NCBI GenBank assembly: GCA_037445065.1
Contig: JBBILD010000001.1
Span: 195,753-259,752 of the forward strand
Origin: Myxococcales bacterium
Lineage (GTDB): Bacteria > Desulfobacterota > Binatia > HRBIN30
Length of the DNA: 64,000 nucleotides
Direction: 5' to 3'
Positions 57,367-64,000 of this stretch are shown here, one piece after another; within the stretch, counting starts at the first letter, position 1; each line of letters starts with the position of its first letter. Below the pieces are notes generated by a model. It saw only the letters and a program-made list of their open reading frames with translations, was not told the DNA's origin and searched no databases. A program made the translations under genes and the position numbers.

Positions 57367-58110
57367 ATCGGTGTCCCTAGCGCATCTGCAGGAAGTTGCC
57401 GAGCGAATCCCGGCTGACACGCTCCAGCGGTCAGGGAGGGGAACTCACGAGGTCTCCTTTCTCCGCCTACGTGCGGGCGCGCCTCGGGCGCTTCTGAAAC
57501 TTGAATCGTGTGGCCTAGCTTATGTGGGCCGGGCTTGCGGAGGGCGGTATTGCCCTTGGCATTCACGCCGCTTCCTTTCGGTTGTGGCAGAGAACATAGT
57601 GGCTGCGGCCTGCCGGGGGGTCCCTCGAATCGCTCGAGTCGGGCTCTACGAGGAAAGCGCGAGTTTGCGCTGGGCTTGTTGCGTAGGCTCCTTGCTCCGC
57701 GCGCGAGCCGAACCTTGCTCACACCGAACGCCGTGTCGGAACGTGGATGGGAAAAGTAATAACGCCGGATTGCGTCGCGATTATGTGTGGCGGACGGCTC
57801 CCGTGCTTGCCGGCCTACGTGGGCGCAGAGCTTCGAACCAGATCGGCTCTCTAGCCCGCCAGTGCTGCTGGCTGCTGCAGGACCCCAGTGCGTGGCGTGA
57901 GAGCAGCCTCCCGCCCTTGGGCCAGGGCCCCCCTTGAACGCGGCGTCAACCAAAACTCGGGTTGCTTTGACGGCCGATCGGGGAGTACGAGGGTCTCATG
58001 CGAACTGGCCAAACTGGGCAAAGCGGTTGCGTCGTGGTCGGCAGGTGCTTTTTAAACCAGCCAATGGCAAGGCGCAGGAAACCCGCATGAAGGTAAAGAA
58101 AGTAGTTACC

Positions 58111-59202
58111 ATGAGCGAACGAGCCGTGCTGGTGTGCGGGGGAGCTGGATTCATCGGCTCGAATTTTGTTCGCTTCCTCTTACGGCGCGGGGCTCGACCT
58201 GTCGTGGTACTCGATAAACTCACTTACGCTGGAAACCGCATCAGTCTGCCCTCCGATTCGTCCCTCGAGTTCGTGCGGGGCGACATCGCGGACTCCGCGC
58301 TTGTGAGTGACCTTCTGCGATCGTACCAACCACGCTGGCTGGTCAATTTGGCTGCTGAAACCCACGTGGATCGGTCCATTGAGAGCCCGGAGCCGTTTCT
58401 GCAAACAAACGTCGTAGGCACGTTTCGACTGCTCGAATCCGTTCGCAAGTGGCTGGCTCAGGCCGGTGCGGCGGGCCGCGACTTCCGTTTTCTGCAGGTC
58501 TCCACTGACGAAGTGTACGGAAGCTTACCGCAATCCGAGCGCGCCGCCGAAGGATGTGCTTATGCCCCGCGCTCTCCGTACGCTGCATCAAAAGCTGCCG
58601 CGGATCACTTCGTTGCTGCCTATGCGGTGACCTACGGGCTGCCGATTTTGCTCACGAACTGTTCGAATAATTTTGGTCCGTACCAGTACCCAGAGAAGCT
58701 GATCCCGCTCATGATTCTGAGCGCGCTCGAGGGCCGTGAGCTGCCGGTGTACGGGGACGGTCTGTACGTCAGAGATTGGTTGTACGTGGAGGACCACTGT
58801 GAGGCTCTCGCTGCAGTCCTCGAGCGCGGCGAATTGGGATCGCGCTACAACATTGGTGCGGGCAACGAACTTACCAACCTGGCAGTTGTGCAAAAAATTT
58901 GCGAAGCGGTTGAGCGTATGCTGCCGGCGGCCAAGAATCCAGCGTTGCAGCGGGCAGGGGCACAGCAGTACGGGGAGCTGATTCGCTTCGTGGAAGATCG
59001 CCCCGGGCACGACCGGCGTTACGCGTTGGACTCTTCCAAAATCCGGCGAGAGCTGGGTTGGCGCCCGCGTCACGACTTCGAGACTGCCTTGCAGCGCACG
59101 GTTGCGTGGTACTCGGCCAACCGTTCTTGGTGCGCGCAGGTGCTTGCGGGCCGTTATGATTTGCGCCGGCTAGGGCTCCTGCGAGTTTCGGCGCCTGAGT
59201 GA
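58111..59202 (+). CDS. rfbB: dTDP-glucose 4,6-dehydratase
   Basis: [60 protein letters not shown]. Confidence 0.96.
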   Translation: MSERAVLVCGGAGFIGSNFVRFLLRRGARPVVVLDKLTYAGNRISLPSDSSLEFVRGDIADSALVSDLLRSYQPRWLVNLAAETHVDRSIESPEPFLQTNVVGTFRLLESVRKWLAQAGAAGRDFRFLQVSTDEVYGSLPQSERAAEGCAYAPRSPYAASKAAADHFVAAYAVTYGLPILLTNCSNNFGPYQYPEKLIPLMILSALEGRELPVYGDGLYVRDWLYVEDHCEALAAVLERGELGSRYNIGAGNELTNLAVVQKICEAVERMLPAAKNPALQRAGAQQYGELIRFVEDRPGHDRRYALDSSKIRRELGWRPRHDFETALQRTVAWYSANRSWCAQVLAGRYDLRRLGLLRVSAPE

Positions 59203-60080
59203 TGTTGCGTAAAGGGATCTTGTTGGCTGGAGGCGCTGGACGCCGCTTGCACCCCGTGACGGTCGCGGTCAGCAAGCAGTTGCTGCCGGTATACGACAAG
59301 CCGCTGGTGTACTACCCCCTGTCCACTCTGATGCTCGCCGGGATCCGGGAAGTACTCATCATAACCACTCCGCAAGACCGGGGCGCCTTCGAGCGGCTGT
59401 TGGGGGATGGGAGCGAGATCGGTCTTCGCATTGGCTACGCGGAGCAGCCACGACCGGAGGGCATTGCTCAGGCACTGTTGATCGGTGCCCATTTCTTGAA
59501 CGGCTGCCCCGTGGCTTTGGCACTCGGTGACAACATTTTTTATGGCCACGGGCTTCCTGACCTTTTACGCCGCGCCGCCGCGCGCCGCTCCGGCGCGACC
59601 GTGTTTGCTTACTGGGTGCGAGACCCTGAGCGCTACGGCGTGGTCGAATTCGATGAGGAAGGACGAGCGTTGGCCATCGAAGAGAAGCCCAGTTGCCCGC
59701 GCTCCAACTTCGCGGTGACTGGCCTGTATTTTTACGACGAGCAAGCCGTGGAAATCGCAGCCTCCTTGCGACCCTCGGCGCGGGGAGAGCTAGAGATTAC
59801 AGACGTCAACCGTGCGTATCTGGAGCGCGCGCAGTTACACGTGGAGCGACTCGGGCGTGGAGTTGCGTGGCTGGACACCGGCACCCATGAAGCCCTTCTG
59901 CAAGCGGCGAATTTCATTCGCACGCTCGAGGAGCGGCAGGGGCTCAAAGTGGCGTGCCTCGAGGAAATCGCGTTCCGGCTGGGCTATATTGACCAAAACC
60001 AGTTGATGCGTCTGGGGGAAAAAATGGCAGATACGACTTACGGCCAGTATCTGATGGAGGTAGCCCGCCATCGCGAGTGA
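59199..60080 (+). CDS. rfbA: Glucose-1-phosphate thymidylyltransferase
   Basis: [52 protein letters not shown]. Confidence 0.97.
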   Translation: MMLRKGILLAGGAGRRLHPVTVAVSKQLLPVYDKPLVYYPLSTLMLAGIREVLIITTPQDRGAFERLLGDGSEIGLRIGYAEQPRPEGIAQALLIGAHFLNGCPVALALGDNIFYGHGLPDLLRRAAARRSGATVFAYWVRDPERYGVVEFDEEGRALAIEEKPSCPRSNFAVTGLYFYDEQAVEIAASLRPSARGELEITDVNRAYLERAQLHVERLGRGVAWLDTGTHEALLQAANFIRTLEERQGLKVACLEEIAFRLGYIDQNQLMRLGEKMADTTYGQYLMEVARHRE

Positions 60081-60125
60081 GGGTGAGCGTCCGCTTGTGG
60101 ATTGGCCAGCGCGGAGAAATCAACC

Positions 60126-60497
60126 ATGGCGGTCATGACATTCCGTTTTGGGCAGGCCCCACCCGCACCGGTTGCGATCCGTATTTTGGCGACACGGTTT
60201 TTGCCGAGAGGGGTTGCCAAGGTCGAGTGGCCGCGTTTTTTCGACGTCTGGTTTCCGCCGCTTGCTCCAAGCGCAGAACTGTTGCGGTGGTACCGAGGTC
60301 AGCAGCGCTCCGACTGGAAACGTTTTACTCAGCGGTACGCGGCAGAGCTGAAGCGAGGAGACGGGAAACATCTTCTGGCACTGCTGCACGTAATCTCCCG
60401 GCAATTACCGATTGCGGTTGGCTGTTATTGCCAGGATGAAAGCACGTGTCACCGTACCTTGCTCGCACGCTGGGTCGAACAAGGGCGCGTGCTTTAA
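60126..60497 (+). CDS. DUF488/YeaO-family protein
   Basis: RILATRFLPRGVAK, DVWFPPLAPSAELLRW, F..RY.AEL, C-terminal CYCQDESTCHR. Confidence 0.8.
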   Translation: MAVMTFRFGQAPPAPVAIRILATRFLPRGVAKVEWPRFFDVWFPPLAPSAELLRWYRGQQRSDWKRFTQRYAAELKRGDGKHLLALLHVISRQLPIAVGCYCQDESTCHRTLLARWVEQGRVL

Positions 60498-60648
60498 GGG
60501 AGAACGAGCAGACGGTCAGGCGGGCTGCTGGCGCAGGGCTCGTGATCATCTCTGCTAACGCTTTCCGTGAGGCGATTTGCGGCTCTCCCCACTGGCATAT
60601 CAGCAATTGCTGTCTACGGTTTATTTTCACTCAGGAAAGGAGGTCTCA

Positions 60649-61266
60649 ATGGCGTACGAGGTGCAGGCTTCGCTTCGCCCAAAAGGGTTGCATGGGATTT
60701 CGGAAGAGCAGATTTCGCAACACTGGAAGTTGTACGAGGGGTATGTGGCGCAGGTGAACACCCTACGCGACGAGCTGGCGACCTTGCGGAGGGAAGGAAA
60801 AGGGAACACCGCTCTTTACGCGGACCGGCGCCGCCGGTTCGGATTCGAATACAACGGCATGGTCCTGCACGAGTATTACTTCGCAAACTTGAAGGCAGAC
60901 GCCCCGGATCTCAAGGACTCGAGCGAGCTGAAAAAGCTGCTGGCCGATCAATTCGGGAGCTTCGACGCCTTTCGGGAGGACTTTCTCCAAGCTGGGGCGA
61001 CTCGCTCGATCGGGTGGGCCATCTTGGCGCTCGACCCCAAGACGGGGGTGGCCAACAATCATTTTGTGCAGTTGCACGAAGACGGGAACATTGCCGGGTT
61101 CGTACCCCTGCTGGTCATGGATGTCTGGGAACACGCGTACATGGTGGATTACGGAGCCGCAGGGCGGCCGCAGTACATGCAAGCGTTTTTCCGTAACGTG
61201 AATTGGCCATTGGTGGAGAGACGCTTTGAGGAGGCGATCCGCGGTCAAATCCCGTCGCGGTACTGA
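60649..61266 (+). CDS. sod: Fe/Mn superoxide dismutase family protein
   Basis: Metal ligands in QHWKLYEGYV, NGMVLHEYYF and DVWEHAY. AGGAGG RBS upstream. Confidence 0.9.
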   Translation: MAYEVQASLRPKGLHGISEEQISQHWKLYEGYVAQVNTLRDELATLRREGKGNTALYADRRRRFGFEYNGMVLHEYYFANLKADAPDLKDSSELKKLLADQFGSFDAFREDFLQAGATRSIGWAILALDPKTGVANNHFVQLHEDGNIAGFVPLLVMDVWEHAYMVDYGAAGRPQYMQAFFRNVNWPLVERRFEEAIRGQIPSRY

Positions 61267-61638
61267 GTTATTGATAGTTTTATCAACGGGTTGCATTCGG
61301 AGACAGATTGAATAAAACAGAGGACGCGCTCGTCAGTAGCGCGCATGTCAGTAGCCCGCGGGTTCCTAGAACCACGCGGGGCGGTGTCCGGAGACCCTCC
61401 TTGGCCGTTGCCCCCCGGCCGTGATTCTTCGGGCGCCGCGTGGCGCGCGGCAGCGGGTGGCCCGTTCCCGCTGCCCGCGTCACCCTGACGACGTGTACCT
61501 GCAGCGGAGCCATTGCTCTGCGCCCGGGCTTCGGTTGGGAGCGTGGTTGCGAGCCTGCAACGCCGCAGGCTTTTCATGCCCTCCTGTATTGGGGGAGCTT
61601 GTGTTTGGAGCTGGGGGTACGATAGGCGGTTGGGTGCG

Positions 61639-62802
61639 ATGGGTCGGATTGCGCACAGGTGTAGGGCTGCTGTTCTGCTGTGGGTCCTTTTCTCATGCGT
61701 GCTCGTGGGCTGCGGAGACGACGGCGAACAAGCTGAACCGTACCCTCGGGACTCCGTGCTGCGGCTGAATCACATTCAGGTGATCGGTACGCACAACAGC
61801 TACCACCTTGAACCGCGGCCCAGCCTCATGGAGCGGCTCGTGCGAAGCTTGCCAACACTGGCCGTCGGTTTGCAGTACACCCACGTACCTTTGGAGCAGC
61901 AGTTCTCTGAACAAGGGGTGCGGCAGATCGAGTTGGACGTGTTCGCCGATTCGGTCGGAGGTTTGTTCGCGTACCGAGCTGGCTTGGCATGGGTTCGTGA
62001 GAACCCAAACGCGGACATCGCGGAGTTGTACGAGCCGGGGTTCAAGGTCCTGCATGTGCAGGACGTTGACTTCGAGAGCACCTGCTGGACTCTGGTTTCC
62101 TGCCTGGAGGCTGTGAAGCGATGGTCCCGGGCAAACCCGCTTCACATGCCGATCATGATCCTGATCGAAGCGAAGGATGAGCCGATTCCGTTCGCTGGTT
62201 CCGCCGTCCCGATTCCCATCGGCCCGGAGGAACTGGATGCGCTGGATGCAGAGATCCGTTCCGTATTTCTGCCCGAGGAGCTGATCACACCGGACGATGT
62301 GCGGCAAGGCCGCGACACGCTTCGCGACGCGGTGCGCGAGCTAGGTTGGCCGACGTTAGCGCAAAGCCGCGGCAAGGTGTTGTTTACTCTAGATAACGGC
62401 GGCGCGGTCCGTGATGCCTACTTGAGTGGCCACCCCAGCTTACAGGGCCGGGTCATGTTTGCGAGCGTGCCCGCCGATCACCCTGCGGCGGGGTTCCTCA
62501 AGTTGAACGACCCGATTGGCGATTTCGAAGCGATTCGCAGCGCGGTAACGAACGGCTTCGTGGTGCGTACGCGGGCGGACGCGGACACGAGGGAAGCGCG
62601 AGAGGGAGACACGGAACCGAGAGACCACGCCTTGGCGAGTGGCGCACACTGGGTGAGCACGGACTACCCTGTTCCCGACACGCGGTGGGGCCACGGCTAC
62701 GCTGCACAAATCCCGGGGGGGACGCCAGCTCGTTGCAACCCGATCAGTGCGCCGCCGTTTTGCTTGCCGATCGACATCGAAAACCCACGCTTCCTGCGCT
62801 GA
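61639..62802 (+). CDS. PI-specific phospholipase C-like phosphodiesterase, predicted lipoprotein
   Basis: Lipobox LVGC, LRLNHIQVIGTHNSYH, GVRQIELDV, FKVLHVQDVD, ILIEAKD, VRTRADADT, SGAHWVSTDYP. Confidence 0.85.
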   Translation: MGRIAHRCRAAVLLWVLFSCVLVGCGDDGEQAEPYPRDSVLRLNHIQVIGTHNSYHLEPRPSLMERLVRSLPTLAVGLQYTHVPLEQQFSEQGVRQIELDVFADSVGGLFAYRAGLAWVRENPNADIAELYEPGFKVLHVQDVDFESTCWTLVSCLEAVKRWSRANPLHMPIMILIEAKDEPIPFAGSAVPIPIGPEELDALDAEIRSVFLPEELITPDDVRQGRDTLRDAVRELGWPTLAQSRGKVLFTLDNGGAVRDAYLSGHPSLQGRVMFASVPADHPAAGFLKLNDPIGDFEAIRSAVTNGFVVRTRADADTREAREGDTEPRDHALASGAHWVSTDYPVPDTRWGHGYAAQIPGGTPARCNPISAPPFCLPIDIENPRFLR

Positions 62803-62859
62803 GTGTCACTGCCGGTTTTCGAATCATCACCTATGTGTTCCGTGTGAGAGGAGGGTCAG

Positions 62860-63858
62860 ATGGCGTATCGGATTGGGATCGTGCCGTTTTGGAAGAATTA
62901 TGACCGGCGAAGCATCCTGCGTGCGGCGCAACTAGCCGACGAGCTGGGTTACGACTCGATTTGGATTCCTGAGGCTTGGGCGTACGAACAGTTCCAACTG
63001 CTTGCGGAGATCGCGTTGCATACCAAGCGGCTGAAGGTGGCCACCGGAATCGTCAACATCTTTAGCCGCTCTGCTGCCTTGATTGCGATGAGTGTGGCAA
63101 CTCTGGACGAAATCTCTGAGGGGCGTGCCATCCTCGGTCTCGGCACAAGTGGAAAGCTGGTAGTCGAGAACTTGCATGGCATCCGGTACGAGAAGCCGTT
63201 GACTCGCATGCGTGATACGGTGCGGATCGTGCGCGCTTTGCTACGCGGCGAACGGTTGAGCCCGGAGTTGTCCAGCTTGTTTCCCCTCCGCCATTTCCGG
63301 CTCGAGCTGACTCCGGTTCGGACACAAGTCCCAATCTACATCGCTGCGTTGCAGGAAAAAGCCATCCGGCAAATCGGAGAAATCGCGGATGGATGGTTAC
63401 CCACGTTTTGGCCGTACCGGAACTTTTCCACCGGGCTCCAGTGGATCGCCGAGGGGGCGCGACGGGCACACCGTGACCCGAGGTGCGTCGAAGTCGCTCC
63501 GTTCGTCGCCATCGTGCCGTTCGCAGACATGGCGGCGGCACGTGCGCTGGTCAAACCCACGGTGGCTTTCTACATCGGCGGCATGGGGACGTATTACTAC
63601 GAAACGTTTTGCCGCTTCGGTTTTGGCGAGAATGCCACCCGGGTGCGAGAGCTTTATGTCCAAGGGCGGCGGCAGGAGGCAACCGAGGCGGTGGCGGACG
63701 ACTTGGTGGACGCGATCGCCATTTGTGGCCCGCCCGAAGAGTGCCGGGAGCGCATGCAAGAGTGGCAAAAATACGGCGTCGGAGTCTTCCTCATGAACCT
63801 GCCCACCGGCCTGCCTTATGAGGCGGTGGAGCAGCTCATTCGCACGATGGCGCCCTGA
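62860..63858 (+). CDS. LLM-class oxidoreductase (Mer-like, probably F420-dependent)
   Basis: ADELGYDSIWIPEAW, ATGIVNIFSRS, TLDEISEGRAILGLGTSG, PIYIAAL, GEIADGW, FYIGGMG. Confidence 0.9.
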   Translation: MAYRIGIVPFWKNYDRRSILRAAQLADELGYDSIWIPEAWAYEQFQLLAEIALHTKRLKVATGIVNIFSRSAALIAMSVATLDEISEGRAILGLGTSGKLVVENLHGIRYEKPLTRMRDTVRIVRALLRGERLSPELSSLFPLRHFRLELTPVRTQVPIYIAALQEKAIRQIGEIADGWLPTFWPYRNFSTGLQWIAEGARRAHRDPRCVEVAPFVAIVPFADMAAARALVKPTVAFYIGGMGTYYYETFCRFGFGENATRVRELYVQGRRQEATEAVADDLVDAIAICGPPEECRERMQEWQKYGVGVFLMNLPTGLPYEAVEQLIRTMAP

Positions 63859-63867
63859 GGGAATTGC

Positions 63868-63999
63868 CTAGCGAGGAAGTTGGCGGGTCGTGAAGCCGCG
63901 GTCACCGAACGACAGGAGTACCTTCTTTCCGTTGACCAGCGTTTGCAAGGCGACTTCGCGGCCCCACAGTTGGTACACATAAGCGAGGGTCTTTTCCGC
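63868..63999 (-). CDS. SpoVR/YcgB-family protein, C-terminal fragment (gene starts beyond the window)
   Basis: Minus-strand translation AEKTLAYVYQLWGREVALQTLVNGKKVLLSF...* resembles the SpoVR C-terminal (Y)AEKTL.Y...LWGR.V.L.T motif. Not in the supplied ORF track. Confidence 0.65.
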   Translation of the reverse strand, partial: AEKTLAYVYQLWGREVALQTLVNGKKVLLSFGDRGFTTRQLPR

Positions 64000-64000
64000 G

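Noticed and set aside
57367..57560. SAM or glycine riboswitch upstream of the SAM synthetase
   Set aside because: No SAM-I or SAM-II consensus on the minus strand; the GGAGA-containing stretch lacks the rest of the glycine aptamer.
60649..61266. Chromate-resistance (chr) locus suggested by the ChrC-like SOD
   Set aside because: No chrA or chrB gene is in the window.
61271..61286. FNR/CRP box after sod
   Set aside because: The spacing is TTGAT-N6-ATCAA rather than the N4 required for FNR; kept only as an unassigned dyad.
51655..63858. Two luciferase-like (LLM) genes as LuxA/LuxB partners of the LuxE/LuxC pair, implying bioluminescence
   Set aside because: They are more than 49 kb from luxE/luxC, unlinked to each other, and carry motifs of generic F420/FMN-dependent LLM oxidoreductases. 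No luxD or luxG is present.

Overview
A 64 kb, GC-rich, gene-dense bacterial chromosomal window with about 53 CDS. No rRNA, tRNA, CRISPR array, integrase or transposase is recognisable. The gene content (F420-type LLM enzymes, actinobacterial-like P450, hopanoid genes, Cys-rich PT-linker secreted protein) suggests a deltaproteobacteria-related diderm, possibly Binatia/Binatota; this is an inference and has not been tested. Blocks in order: (1) trmL, then a LuxE-like/LuxC-like fatty-acid reductase pair, class III aminotransferase, Zn-dehydrogenase and a 4-TM protein; (2) a 15.5 kb TetR-headed export operon (2 RND pumps, 3 adaptors, 2 TolC, split MacB-type ABC) with a perfect 30-bp operator palindrome overlapping its promoter; (3) a P450, an unknown helical protein, a 952-aa secreted multidomain protein ending in a BPI/LBP-like region, and kup; (4) a single 10-gene operon joining mevalonate enzymes (mvaD, PMK, fni, class II HMGR, mvk) to hopanoid synthesis (shc, fused hpnC-hpnD, hpnE, hpnG, hpnH); (5) sppA, a second paralog of the unknown helical protein, and an ISC operon lacking ferredoxin, with its Rrf2 regulator at the 3' end and IscR-like boxes upstream of iscS; (6) uvrA, LLM, lipoprotein SppA, GT-C-like membrane protein, SDR, archaeal-type SAM synthetase, rfbB-rfbA, DUF488, Fe/Mn SOD, PI-PLC-like lipoprotein, a second LLM and the 3' end of a SpoVR-family gene. 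The best novelty candidates are the paralogous unknown protein family, the secreted BPI-like protein, the mevalonate-hopanoid operon with the HpnC-HpnD fusion, and the luciferase-less LuxE/LuxC module. All family calls come from motif recognition by eye; no searches were run.
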